Below are positions 12,014-22,036 of a stretch of DNA of 64,000 nt, one piece after another. The position numbers were made by a program, and so were the translations under genes. The notes under the pieces were generated by a model. That model made no database searches, was not told the DNA's origin, and was given only the letters and a program-made list of their open reading frames with translations. Origin of the DNA: an uncultured Planctomycetales bacterium (GTDB lineage Bacteria; Omnitrophota; Gorgyraeia; Zapsychrales; CAYRXT01); assembly GCA_964428315.1 (NCBI GenBank), contig CAYRXT010000005.1:12592-76591 (forward strand), written 5' to 3'. Every line of letters begins with the position of its first letter. The stretch's first letter is position 1.

Positions 12014-13273
12014 CTACCTCACATTATCTCCGACCTGGATCCGCGCGCCTTTTTGTTTGATATCGGCGGCGGAGATGTCTTTTCTGACCTGAATGATTTC
12101 CAGGCCAGCGATATATTTGCCGTTACGATAGATGCTCAAGTTATCGCCGATACGGACCCCCGAATTCAAGCCAAGGTCCGTGATGACGAAGTTGTTCTCT
12201 TCGTTCACGCTTAACACATGTCCTTCGAAACCCGGCGCCATCCGGCTTTCCTGGGCGACAGCCGGGCCGCCCGCTTTAGGCGCGCTGACAACGATAGGCG
12301 GGAGTTCGACGGATTGCGTCCCCTCCTCTTCGATCGGCTCGCTCAGTTTTCTGTCCAGGGTTTCTTTGATGTCAAGGACCTCGTCGATGCGGTTCTGGAT
12401 GACGCTCTCGGTCTCTGCCAGTTTGCGTTCAACCTTGTCCTTGCTTTCCCTCAGCCGGGCGATGCTCTTTTCGAGAGCGATCTTTGTCGACGTCAGTTCC
12501 TTGACCTTTGAGCGAAGGTCGAGATTCTCTTCCTTGATCTTGTCCAGCCGCTGGTCTATGAACCTTTTGTCATTCTTTTCCCGGGCCAGTTCGATGGACA
12601 AGGTATTCGCCAGATCTTCGCTGTATTTGATCTGCCTCTGGATCTCCTCTTTCTGGTTGCGCAACTGGCTCAATTCCAGGTCAAGATCGGAATTCACTTT
12701 CTTCAATTCTTCGAGGCTCACTTCATACTGGCTCAATTGGGACTGCAGTTCGTTGATTTTCAGTTCGAGAGCGGCCTTGTCTTTCAAGACCCGCGCCCAG
12801 TAGCGCTCCTGGTCCTCGGTGGCCCCGGTGGCCATGACCGGAGGCTTCCCGGGCTGTTCTTCTTCCGGTTCCGGCTCGCGTTCTTTATAGATGACCTTCG
12901 GCTTCTCCTGCAGTTTGGTGATGAGCTCGTCCCGTTCGCGTCGCAGATCGTTCACGCGGTTGCGCCAGTTGTCGCGCTCGGATCTCAACGAATTGATCGT
13001 ATTTTCCAGACTGCTGATCTGGCCGTTGAGATCGGAGAGCTGCTGCTGAAGCCGCTCATTATTCTGCTTCGCCTCCTCGATTTTGCTCTCGGTATCCTTG
13101 ACCCTGGCAACCAGCTCCTGCTCGCGTTCGCCGGCCTGCGTCAACTCACCCTGCAATGTGGTCTTCTCGTTCTCCAAGGCGGTCTTTTGGCTCAAAGTCG
13201 AAAGAACCATAAACACGCTTCCACCCAGCAAGAGGAACAAAATGATAATAATGATCTTGCCGATTTTTGTCAT
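12014..13273 (-). CDS. Membrane-anchored long coiled-coil protein with small C-terminal beta domain (FlgT-C-like)
   Basis: N-terminal TM, about 280 aa of heptad repeats, C-terminal GHVLSVNEENNFVITDLGLNSGVRIGDNLSIYR. Confidence 0.8.
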   Translation of the reverse strand: MTKIGKIIIIILFLLLGGSVFMVLSTLSQKTALENEKTTLQGELTQAGEREQELVARVKDTESKIEEAKQNNERLQQQLSDLNGQISSLENTINSLRSERDNWRNRVNDLRRERDELITKLQEKPKVIYKEREPEPEEEQPGKPPVMATGATEDQERYWARVLKDKAALELKINELQSQLSQYEVSLEELKKVNSDLDLELSQLRNQKEEIQRQIKYSEDLANTLSIELAREKNDKRFIDQRLDKIKEENLDLRSKVKELTSTKIALEKSIARLRESKDKVERKLAETESVIQNRIDEVLDIKETLDRKLSEPIEEEGTQSVELPPIVVSAPKAGGPAVAQESRMAPGFEGHVLSVNEENNFVITDLGLNSGVRIGDNLSIYRNGKYIAGLEIIQVRKDISAADIKQKGARIQVGDNVR

Positions 13274-13427
13274 TATAATTTCTCCTTAAATAAAATAGAG
13301 ACTAATAATTAGGAAAAGATTTAATTAAACTATATCAAAGGATGATTATCAAAACAAGGAAAAACTCGACAATTTGAATTCTGGAAGGCACGAATATCTT
13401 TTTCAGGAAGGGACTTGAGAACGTGCT

Positions 13428-14675
13428 CTATGCCTGGGCGAGTATTTGACGGACCACCAGGCTGGCGGCCCCGACCGCAACGGCGTTATTCCCGAGACGT
13501 GAAGGGACAATCTTAACGGCCTGGGCCATCTCCGCGTAAGCGTGATTGGCGACAGACTCTTTAACAGCATTCAGGAAGACGTTGCCGCCCTCCTCCATCC
13601 CACCGCCGATAACGACGGCCTGAGGGTTGAGAAAATTCACCAGGAAGGCGACCTTGAGGCCGATCTTGAGTCCGGCCCGCCGCACAACATTGACCGCGAT
13701 GGGGTCGCCGTCTCTGGCGGCCTCAAAAACATGGCGCAGCGTGATGCTTGTCAGATTGCCGCCGGCTCTTAATAAAAGCTTATGGCTCCGGTTTTCCGGC
13801 CTCCGAAGGATTTCCCGCGTCTGCCGAACAATCCCCAAGTCGTCTTCCCAGGCTTCGAGAAAATGGATGTCCTTGGGGTTGAGGTCAAGGTATTCTCCCG
13901 CCGGGCAATCTCTCAGGGCCAGCTCGCCCGCGCATCCGCTGGCGCCCCGATAGACCTCCCCGTTCAAGATGAGTCCGCTCCCCACTCCGGAAAACATATA
14001 AATCAAATCACGTATCTCGGGATCGGAATTCATCCACTGCTCTCCGAAACACGAAACGGTGGCGTCGTTTTCCAGACAGCAGGGCAGGCCGAACCGTGAT
14101 TCCAGGTTTTCCTTGATGGGGGCGTAAATAGTGACGTACTCGCACCCTCCGGTCGGTCTTTTTTGCGGCCATCGGATCGTCCCGCTCTGATTGTCGACAA
14201 TACCCGCGATCCCGACGCCGATGCCGGCGAGTTTTTTGCGGTCATCGGACGGAAGCTGATCCCTCAGTTCGTTAATCATGCCGCTGGCATAGTCCAGGAT
14301 ATCGGTGGCATTTCGATAGGGGCTTTCCTTGACGACACGGGCGACGATATTGCCGTTAAGGTCGACGACCACCCCGACCATATCCAGCAGGTTGAGGCCG
14401 ATGCCGATAGCCAGATTTACCCGCCCGTTGATCTCCAGAAGGGCCGGCCGGCGCCCGCCGGCTGAAACGTCAAGTGCTTTGATATTAACGAGTTTTGCCC
14501 GTAAATAATGATCGATATAATTCGATATGGTAACAATATTGAGGCCGGACATCCGGGAGATATCCGCCTTGCTGACCGGGCCTACTCGCCGGATTGTCTC
14601 GAGGATGGCGAGATTCCGTCTGGATCTTTCGTTCAAGTTTTCTTCCTGAAGCTGAAGGGCTTTCACGGTTTTCAT
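13428..14675 (-). CDS. ROK-family transcriptional regulator (NagC/XylR-like)
   Basis: N-terminal wHTH (SKADISRMSGL...GGRRP), GIGVGIAGIVD, ENDA, GVGSGLILNG..YRG..GCAGE. Confidence 0.92.
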   Translation of the reverse strand: MKTVKALQLQEENLNERSRRNLAILETIRRVGPVSKADISRMSGLNIVTISNYIDHYLRAKLVNIKALDVSAGGRRPALLEINGRVNLAIGIGLNLLDMVGVVVDLNGNIVARVVKESPYRNATDILDYASGMINELRDQLPSDDRKKLAGIGVGIAGIVDNQSGTIRWPQKRPTGGCEYVTIYAPIKENLESRFGLPCCLENDATVSCFGEQWMNSDPEIRDLIYMFSGVGSGLILNGEVYRGASGCAGELALRDCPAGEYLDLNPKDIHFLEAWEDDLGIVRQTREILRRPENRSHKLLLRAGGNLTSITLRHVFEAARDGDPIAVNVVRRAGLKIGLKVAFLVNFLNPQAVVIGGGMEEGGNVFLNAVKESVANHAYAEMAQAVKIVPSRLGNNAVAVGAASLVVRQILAQA

Positions 14676-14755
14676 TTTTTTTCGCTTTCTCCAGAAGGTC
14701 TTGGTCTATAGTACAGTATGGTTGCAGCGTTGTCTATCTTTTCCTGCCAAATTAC

Positions 14756-15391
14756 TCATTCATACTTGATCCCGTCCAGGTAAAAGGTGCACCCTTCAGA
14801 ATTGACATCCGCGTTGGTCGCCCAGGCAAACCCGCCGCTGATATAGGTCAGATCCTTGCCCCTCAGATCAATCGCATATTGCTTCCACTGCGTCGTCAAG
14901 AAGACCGGTCCGACCATCGCGCTGTCCGAATCTGGATAATCACCCGGTATGCCGCCCATTTTGAATTCTTCGATCCGTTCCCTTCCGGTTTCGCCCCTGG
15001 CCCAAAACGTCAGCTTGCTCGCGCCGGTAAGGTCAAAACCACCCTTACGGTTACCCCAATTATTCGCAGGGTTTTGCCAGTAGACCCCCGCCCATTGCTG
15101 ACCCTGCCTGGAGCATTCGACATCATAGACGATTTGGATGCAGGTATTGCCCGAATGACAATCTTTTTGCCAGGCCTCGTTAATCTTGATGCATCCGGCA
15201 TCACCCATAAAACCCGAAGGGATAAAATGATTGTCTCGCGACCCTTTGTCCTGATAGACGACAAAAGGCGCGAAATCGCTCTGTGCCTCCTGTTGCCCGG
15301 AAACCGACTGGCTCTGCGTTGTCCCTTTTTCACAACCGAACAAAACACAAAAAGACAACGCCCCTGCAAGCAATATCTTCCGCATGGTCAC
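14756..15391 (-). CDS. Lipoprotein with putative carbohydrate-binding beta-sandwich domain
   Basis: Lipobox VLFGC; WAGVYWQ.P.NNWG, FDLTGASKLTFWARG, LTTQWKQYAIDL and FYLDGIKYE resemble galactose-binding-like CBM folds. Confidence 0.7.
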   Translation of the reverse strand: MTMRKILLAGALSFCVLFGCEKGTTQSQSVSGQQEAQSDFAPFVVYQDKGSRDNHFIPSGFMGDAGCIKINEAWQKDCHSGNTCIQIVYDVECSRQGQQWAGVYWQNPANNWGNRKGGFDLTGASKLTFWARGETGRERIEEFKMGGIPGDYPDSDSAMVGPVFLTTQWKQYAIDLRGKDLTYISGGFAWATNADVNSEGCTFYLDGIKYE

Positions 15392-15448
15392 AACCTTCCT
15401 TGTTTTCTTATTGCACTTGATGATAATACCGCCGGGTTAACTAACGGC

Positions 15449-16306
15449 TTAGCTCATTTCTTCCAGTTCATCCAGCTTCTGCTGCGCGGCTTCGGCCGGT
15501 TTCCAGAACCAGCCCTGCGGATCCCAGCTCTGGGCGAAGTAGTAGTCGTCGATAACCTTCTTATAGGCCTCTTTGGCCTTACCGTGCTGGCCGGCCTTGC
15601 GGTAGGCCTCGCCGCGTATGAAATAACAGGTCCCCACATCATTGAGGGCCCAGAAAGAAAATATCTTCTCATTGGATTCCCATGGATATTCGTTCAAGGA
15701 GGCCTGCATTTCCTGGGCCTTCTTCGCATACAGCTCGATGCATTTGTCCGTATAAGCCAGAACAGCCTCCAGATTGTCCTGAGACAGCGCCTGCCAAGCC
15801 TTGGCCGACAATGTGGAAGACGTGTAATCACCGAAATCGATGTTACTGCCGGATTCGAGATTGGCCAGCTTTTCCTTCGCGGCCTCGGCCGGTTTCCAAA
15901 ACCAGCCCTTCGTGTCCCAGCACTGGCCGTAGGTGTAGTCGTTGATCAGTTTCGTGTAAACTTCCTTGGCCTCGTCAATCATATTGGCCTTGCGATAGGC
16001 CTCCCCCTGAATAAACAGACAGGTGGCGACATCATTCAGCGCCCAGTATTTGAAGATCTCTTCATTGGTCCCCGATGGATATTCGTCCAAACCCGCCTGC
16101 ATCTCCCTGGCCTGCGCGGCGTAAAGTTCGACGCATTTGTTCGTGTAGGCCAGAACTCCTTCGATATCGCCTTTCTCCAGCGCATCCCAGGCCTTGGATG
16201 CCAGGGTTACCGAACGGTAATCGCCGAAATTGTAGGCGGCCGCCAGTGTAGGACACATCCAGGTAACGCCCAAAGCAATAACGAGTGTGACGATCCATTT
16301 TTTCAT
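15449..16306 (-). CDS. Secreted protein with two tandem copies of a TPR-like Trp-rich domain
   Basis: Signal peptide; two ~125-aa repeats FGDY...KAW.AL...WALNDV.TC.FI.GEAYRK...WD..GWFWKPAEAA. Confidence 0.85.
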   Translation of the reverse strand: MKKWIVTLVIALGVTWMCPTLAAAYNFGDYRSVTLASKAWDALEKGDIEGVLAYTNKCVELYAAQAREMQAGLDEYPSGTNEEIFKYWALNDVATCLFIQGEAYRKANMIDEAKEVYTKLINDYTYGQCWDTKGWFWKPAEAAKEKLANLESGSNIDFGDYTSSTLSAKAWQALSQDNLEAVLAYTDKCIELYAKKAQEMQASLNEYPWESNEKIFSFWALNDVGTCYFIRGEAYRKAGQHGKAKEAYKKVIDDYYFAQSWDPQGWFWKPAEAAQQKLDELEEMS

Positions 16307-16334
16307 GACTCTTCCTCCTTTTGTTGTTACCGTT

Positions 16335-18764
16335 TTACTTGTTCCACAATTCCTTGTACAGAAAATAACTCTCCCTCAACTGCCGCAGAAACGGGCTGTG
16401 TTTCCCGTTGCCCTGACCGATCAAGCCAAACCATTCCTCGTACATGTACCCGTCGGGGAAAGGTCCCTGGGCCCCGGCCGTTTTGTCGTGGTAAGCGGGT
16501 TCGTAATTTTTCCACCACTCATCCATCCATTCAAAGACAATGCCGCCGATCGCGTTGCCCGCTCCTTCCTTGGTCCCCGCGGCGTTTTTCTCGATATCCA
16601 TCCAGTTGCCCAGGTGGTAATCGGCCTGCGCCTCTTCCGCGTCTTCCCTCGAAAGGTGACCGGCATAGGCGGGACAACCGTATTCCGTAATGAATCCGGG
16701 TTTCCCTGTCGCATCTGAGACCTGCTCCCAGAAAGCGCCGAAGCCGTAATCCCCGCGGTAGGCGTTCGCGGCAAAGGCATCGACATTCGGACAGAACTTG
16801 GCAAAGATATCCAAGTATAATACATCACCGTTGCACATGGCAACCGGATGATCCGGATCGACGGATTTGATCCAGGCGGCCACTTCATCGACGAATGCGT
16901 AATAGGCTTCGGGTTTTGTGTCGGCGTTGCAGGCCACCCCGTAATTGTTTTCATTGCCCAAAAGCCACATGAGGATGTAAGGTTCGTCCTTGTATTCCAT
17001 GACGATTTTTTTGACGGAATCCAGCATGTTTTTCCGGTGCTCCGGATTTTCGTAATCCGTCCCCTCATACCAGCTGGCCCCCGAACCCAGGGCGTATTTA
17101 CCGAGAAAATCGCCCATAACCACCATAATGCCTGTCTCTTCGTACATCGCACGCAGAAGCTCCTTGTCGGGCTCGAAGGGCTGATGATAAACACGGATGA
17201 CGTTGGCGCCCAGCTCCTTGAGCAACCGGAAATCCCCAACGACGGGTTCATCTTCATCCTGTTGGTTGTTACGATTGGCGTCGACCCAGCTGTCATAAGG
17301 GCCGTCGGCCAGACCGTTCCCGTTCGTGTCCTCGGTCATCCAGTTGGTAAGCGTCCCTTTGTCCGGGCTCTGCCCCACCTTGGTCGCCACGTAGGTGATC
17401 CCTTTGATGATAAACGGTTTTCCTTCGACAAGGATCTGCCAGTGGTCGTTTTCGTACTGGACCAACTGCACCCGGCCTTCATTTAACCTGCGCTTGATCT
17501 CGCCGAGCTTCGCCCGCTTTTTCCCAAAACCGATCTGGTCTATGACCCTTGCGAACCTGCTTCGCACTTTGTCCCATAAAGACAAGCGCCGCACGCGTCC
17601 GGGATACGTGATAACCTGATCGTTCGAGACATCGTTGTCCGCCCCGTTGATCACCCTGATCTTCGCCCATTCAAACGTCAATCCAAGTTCCGGATGAATA
17701 CGGATCAGATGACGGATCTTGGCTATGGCCGCCTGCCCCGGGTACCAGGGCGTATTCCAGTACGTCCGTCCGGTCGAACGGGGAAAATGCACGACGATAG
17801 CATGATAGGCCTTGATGGCTTCATAATACATCCGGGCCTTTTCGAAGATCAAACCGATATAAAACAGCTTGACACCCCACGGCTCCGGGGCCAGCGCCCA
17901 CTTATACAGGGCCGCCTCCAAGTCATCAGTATGCACGAAATCCCAGTGGCTGCCTTCCAGCCGTCCCTCTTCTTTAGCTTTTTCGTAATTGGGATCTTTG
18001 CGGACAGCGCCGGTATTAGGATAGACGCCCTCTCCGACGGCAGCAGAAAGCCCGACGGGGTCGTTTACCTTGTATGAATACTGTTTGGTCCCCACGTTCA
18101 TGAAGGTGCCGTATTTGGTGTAATCAACGACCTGAACGCCGGGCTCGGCCAGACGCGGCATAGTCATTATCCCGCGGTCGACCTTCGGTGGCTCCTTATC
18201 CTTCTCTTCCGCGCGCCCTTCCAGCATGTCTATGCTGGCCTGACTTTTTTCCGCGATCGACCAGTACCATCCGCGGGGATCCCAGGCCTGAGCCCATCTG
18301 TAATCGTCTATGATCCTTTGGAAAATCTCTATCGCCTCCTCGGCCTGCCCGTTATTCATCAGTGTTTCCGCCCGGATAAACATGCACGTGCCCACGTCAT
18401 TCAGGACCTGGTACTGGACAACGGCATCCCGCGGGGGGAAATCTTCGAGCTGGGCGTTGAGTTCAAAGGCCTGCGCTCCATAAGTGTTGAAACACTGTTG
18501 TGTCAGCCTGAAAACTTCATCAACCTTATTGTTGCCGGAGGCCTCCCAGGACATGCGGACCAGTTCCCGTGAGCTGACTGCTTCTGCGACGGCCTCCTCC
18601 GTTTTTTCTGAACCGGAAGGGTCCACCCGCTCGCCGGTCTCATCACCGGTTTGATGAGCGCGGTTTGCCTCGGAAGTCTGGGCATGAGATACGGAGATAT
18701 GGAAATAGGAAACGATCCAGGCGAACAATACAATCAAAAAAATTTGACATATCTTATTATTCAT
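16335..18764 (-). CDS. Secreted clan GH-A glycoside hydrolase (GH2-like TIM barrel) with N-terminal TPR-like domains
   Basis: Signal peptide; LGANVIRVY, WLLGNENNYG (acid/base), ITEYG (nucleophile), FEWMDEWWK, EEWFG. Confidence 0.85.
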   Translation of the reverse strand: MNNKICQIFLIVLFAWIVSYFHISVSHAQTSEANRAHQTGDETGERVDPSGSEKTEEAVAEAVSSRELVRMSWEASGNNKVDEVFRLTQQCFNTYGAQAFELNAQLEDFPPRDAVVQYQVLNDVGTCMFIRAETLMNNGQAEEAIEIFQRIIDDYRWAQAWDPRGWYWSIAEKSQASIDMLEGRAEEKDKEPPKVDRGIMTMPRLAEPGVQVVDYTKYGTFMNVGTKQYSYKVNDPVGLSAAVGEGVYPNTGAVRKDPNYEKAKEEGRLEGSHWDFVHTDDLEAALYKWALAPEPWGVKLFYIGLIFEKARMYYEAIKAYHAIVVHFPRSTGRTYWNTPWYPGQAAIAKIRHLIRIHPELGLTFEWAKIRVINGADNDVSNDQVITYPGRVRRLSLWDKVRSRFARVIDQIGFGKKRAKLGEIKRRLNEGRVQLVQYENDHWQILVEGKPFIIKGITYVATKVGQSPDKGTLTNWMTEDTNGNGLADGPYDSWVDANRNNQQDEDEPVVGDFRLLKELGANVIRVYHQPFEPDKELLRAMYEETGIMVVMGDFLGKYALGSGASWYEGTDYENPEHRKNMLDSVKKIVMEYKDEPYILMWLLGNENNYGVACNADTKPEAYYAFVDEVAAWIKSVDPDHPVAMCNGDVLYLDIFAKFCPNVDAFAANAYRGDYGFGAFWEQVSDATGKPGFITEYGCPAYAGHLSREDAEEAQADYHLGNWMDIEKNAAGTKEGAGNAIGGIVFEWMDEWWKNYEPAYHDKTAGAQGPFPDGYMYEEWFGLIGQGNGKHSPFLRQLRESYFLYKELWNK

Positions 18765-18854
18765 GCGGCATACCTTTATTAGGGGTCATCAATGAATTGT
18801 ATTTTAACATTTTACAATATTTTAAAAAGTATTTAAATGATTTTTTAATAATAT

Positions 18855-18870
18855 AAGAAAACGCTTTCCT
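18855..18870. promoter_or_regulatory. LacI-type operator, copy 1
   Basis: AAGAAAACGCTTTCCT, near-palindrome with central CG, upstream of the GH-A gene. Confidence 0.7.
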
Positions 18871-18887
18871 TAATTATAACATATATT

Positions 18888-19748
18888 TTAGTCTCCGACC
18901 GATCCAGTTGCAAGTCCTTTAACTATATGTCTTTGCATCAACACATAAACAAGAATAACGGGCACGGCCGTGATCGTCAATCCGGCCATAAGAAGAGGAT
19001 ATTCTACAATATGAATACCCTGGAATTCCATTAAACCCTTTTGCAGCGGCATCAGGGTTTCATCGTTTAACAAAAGATTGGCCAGTATATACTCATTCCA
19101 GACATTCAAAACGTTAAATATCACAATTACGGCAATCGCCGGTTTGGCCATGGGCAAAGCGACATGCCACCAGATGCCCCATTTGGAACACCCGTCCATC
19201 CGCGCAATATCTTCAAGGGCCGAAGGCATTTTGTCGAAAAACGTCTTGAGAAGGAAGATGCTCAGGGCCAGCCCCACATTGATCATACAAAGGATGTAAC
19301 CGATCCGCGTATTGATAAGATGCAGTTTATTCATCAGCACATACAAGGGGACAAAGCTCCCCGGCAAAGGGATCATCATTGCCGCCAGAAACATGAAAAA
19401 AAGAACACGCCGCCCCGGGAATCTTAACCGGGAAAAGGCATAGGCCGCCAAAGAAGCGACCAGAATAATCCCCGCGACAACGCAAACTGTATAAATCACG
19501 CTGTTGACAAAATAAAGGCCGAACTGTCCTTCGCTCCAGGCCTTAACGAAATTTTCCGGATGGAGCTCAGACGGCAAGAGGGCCTTTTCAACAAATATGG
19601 TCTCATTGTCCATCAGGGCCGAACGGACCATCCAGAGAAGAGGGAAAAGACACGTAACAGTCACCGCCAGGAGAAGGATATGAAGAAAAACATTGCGGAC
19701 ATGCAATCTGAAACGCGCTTGCGTCTGCGTCAAGGCTATGCCATTCAT
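18888..19748 (-). CDS. Carbohydrate ABC transporter permease (MalG-like)
   Basis: FPLLWM, AAYAFSRLRFPG, LEDIARMDG (EAA loop), WNEY. Confidence 0.95.
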   Translation of the reverse strand: MNGIALTQTQARFRLHVRNVFLHILLLAVTVTCLFPLLWMVRSALMDNETIFVEKALLPSELHPENFVKAWSEGQFGLYFVNSVIYTVCVVAGIILVASLAAYAFSRLRFPGRRVLFFMFLAAMMIPLPGSFVPLYVLMNKLHLINTRIGYILCMINVGLALSIFLLKTFFDKMPSALEDIARMDGCSKWGIWWHVALPMAKPAIAVIVIFNVLNVWNEYILANLLLNDETLMPLQKGLMEFQGIHIVEYPLLMAGLTITAVPVILVYVLMQRHIVKGLATGSVGD

Positions 19749-19751
19749 AGA

Positions 19752-20678
19752 CTAGGCCTGTCTCATCTTTTTGAATATGCCCATACTTATTAAAGAGACG
19801 ATAATCAAGATGAATCCGAAAAAGATGCTTTGGGCGCACGCATATCCAAAACGGTTCGTCTCCATCATGGAAGACAGGATGCGTGTTACCGGAACCGCCG
19901 TATGGTAGACCAGCCCCTGTCCGACCATCGATAAAACCAGCACAAAGACCTGCATGGACCCGAGCAGGGTCAAGATCATAACAACACCGATAACAGGCAC
20001 CATCATCGGGATAGTGACATGCCGGAAAACGTTCCAGCCTCCCGCTCCGTCAATCCTGGCGGCCTCATACAATTGGGGATCGATCGTCTGCAGGCCGGCG
20101 AGAAAAATAATGAATCCCCAGCCGAAACCTTTCCAGCTGTGCACGACGGCGATACAGGGCAGAGCCGTAGCGGGATCCGACAACCAGTTGTGCGCCAAAT
20201 GGGGCAGGCCGGTCCCGGCCAACATATGATTCAAAAACCCGATGTGTTCGCCCTGTTGTGTTCCAGAATAAAGGATCCAGGACCAGACCATCCCTACGAC
20301 GACCTCCGACAGAACGGGCGGGATGTAAAAAATAACCCGGTAAAATTTCCTCATCCGGATATCCTGATCACAAGCGAGGGCCAGGGCAAAAGCCAAGGCG
20401 TTCTGGAACGTCAGGGCAATCAGCGTAATGAAACCGGCGTTACGTAAAGAAATACCCCATGTCGCATCCTGCATCAGTTCCCTGAAATTCATCAACCCCA
20501 CGAATTCCCGATGCAGGCTGATGCCGTTCCATTCGTAAAACGACAAGCGGAAGATCTCAAAAAAGGGATAGACATAAAAAACGGCGAATATGGCCACTGC
20601 CGGCACAATAAACAGGATATTCTCGAAGTTTTCCCGAAAACGGTTTAAAGCGGCTGGCTGTATTCGGGCTATGGACAT
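19752..20678 (-). CDS. Carbohydrate ABC transporter permease (MalF-like)
   Basis: FVGLMNF, LAGLQTIDPQLYEAARIDGA, FRHVTIP, GYACA. Confidence 0.95.
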   Translation of the reverse strand: MSIARIQPAALNRFRENFENILFIVPAVAIFAVFYVYPFFEIFRLSFYEWNGISLHREFVGLMNFRELMQDATWGISLRNAGFITLIALTFQNALAFALALACDQDIRMRKFYRVIFYIPPVLSEVVVGMVWSWILYSGTQQGEHIGFLNHMLAGTGLPHLAHNWLSDPATALPCIAVVHSWKGFGWGFIIFLAGLQTIDPQLYEAARIDGAGGWNVFRHVTIPMMVPVIGVVMILTLLGSMQVFVLVLSMVGQGLVYHTAVPVTRILSSMMETNRFGYACAQSIFFGFILIIVSLISMGIFKKMRQA

Positions 20679-20740
20679 ATGGTCAACCTGTTATGGGTCA
20701 ATCGCGCGGTCCCGGTTCTGTGCGCGGACGGACGTTTCTG

Positions 20741-22027
20741 TCAACGCCGGATCTTTTGCATCTGCCGCTCTTTGACGTCCTGGATGTCCTTGGCTGCCTG
20801 CTCGGGCGTCTTTTGCCCGATAATGATAGTCTGTATCCCCCTGGCGAACGCCTCGGACACAACTTCATCTTCATTATAAGGCCAGATGCTGGGATGCGTG
20901 CTCTGATCCATAGCGCCGACAAACTGCGCCAAGAGCTCGGGCGCTTCCGATAAGGCGTGACGGTTGGCCGGAAGGTTGCGCGTCTTCTCCGCCAGGAACG
21001 CCTGCTGTTTCTTGGCCGTCAACCAGCGGAGAAAATCGACGGCCTTGTCCTTGAGGGGCGAAGAGTTGTTGACGACGAATGAGGATCCGGCGCCGCCCCA
21101 TATCTTCAAGGGATAATTTTTGCTGACGGGCGGCGGCCGCATAACGCCGTAATCCAGGTCGGGATTCATCTTATGATAAACGTTCACGCACCACGATCCG
21201 TTAAAGGCGAAGGCCGCCCTTTCGAGGGCAAAATCCTGTTCCGCGTATTTATTACCCTTGATCACGATGCCCTCCATCAGGGCCTTATGATCGACGAGGG
21301 CCTTAAAAATGTTGAATACCTCAATCCAGTCGGGATCCGTATACGGCACCTCTCCCTGAAAGGTGTCCATAATCTTGTCCTCTCCCATAATATTGAAAGC
21401 ATAGTTCATGGCATAACAGTTGATCAGCCACAACTCGCTCCAACCCGAAACAAAAGGCGCGATCCCCACCCTGTTCAGGGCATCTACGGCCTCCAGGTAC
21501 TCATCAAAAGTGGAAGGAGGACGTCTGACACCCGCCTTTTCCAGTAACCCCCTGTTGTAGACCATTTGGACGCTGGTAATGTCGATGGGCACGCCGTACA
21601 GGCCCGGCTCGACACCCTCGAGATTGCCTTTTTCAAAACGGTTCACCGCCAGGGCCTTATCAAGAAAGGTCTTATGCCACCGACCGTTTTCGTCTTCAAA
21701 GGCATCCGTCAGATCGGCGACAAAACCGCTCTTGATAAACGAGGCGAAAATCTTTTTCTTGTCCAAAACGCCGTAAATATCCGGCAGGACGCTTGCCTGG
21801 GCCGCCGCTACTATTTTTCGTGAATAATCTCCTGAAGGGGCGTAAAGCTTGAACCTGACCTTGATCCCGGTCTCATCTTCATAGTCACGGGCAAGTTCCC
21901 GGAAGGCATCATGCCGGTCGGTCATCCAGTGCCAGACGACGAGAGTGTCCGGATCCCGGCGCGGCTGGCCGCATCCCGCGAACAACAGCAACACAGCCAT
22001 AATAACTATTGGCAGAGATCTGTTCAT
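20741..22027 (-). CDS. Sugar ABC transporter substrate-binding lipoprotein
   Basis: Lipobox LFAGC; LVVWHW, LPDI, LYGVP, VYNRGLLEKAG, FNGSW. Confidence 0.92.
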   Translation of the reverse strand: MNRSLPIVIMAVLLLFAGCGQPRRDPDTLVVWHWMTDRHDAFRELARDYEDETGIKVRFKLYAPSGDYSRKIVAAAQASVLPDIYGVLDKKKIFASFIKSGFVADLTDAFEDENGRWHKTFLDKALAVNRFEKGNLEGVEPGLYGVPIDITSVQMVYNRGLLEKAGVRRPPSTFDEYLEAVDALNRVGIAPFVSGWSELWLINCYAMNYAFNIMGEDKIMDTFQGEVPYTDPDWIEVFNIFKALVDHKALMEGIVIKGNKYAEQDFALERAAFAFNGSWCVNVYHKMNPDLDYGVMRPPPVSKNYPLKIWGGAGSSFVVNNSSPLKDKAVDFLRWLTAKKQQAFLAEKTRNLPANRHALSEAPELLAQFVGAMDQSTHPSIWPYNEDEVVSEAFARGIQTIIIGQKTPEQAAKDIQDVKERQMQKIRR

Positions 22028-22036
22028 AGGGCTTTC

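Noticed and set aside
15449-16306. Repeated DNA as a possible CRISPR array or mobile repeat
   Set aside because: Two diverged in-frame protein domain copies; no repeat-spacer periodicity and no cas genes.
14594-16690. 698-aa plus-strand ORF with an internal repeat
   Set aside because: Lies antisense across several real genes; its repeat just mirrors the duplicated domain of 15449-16306.
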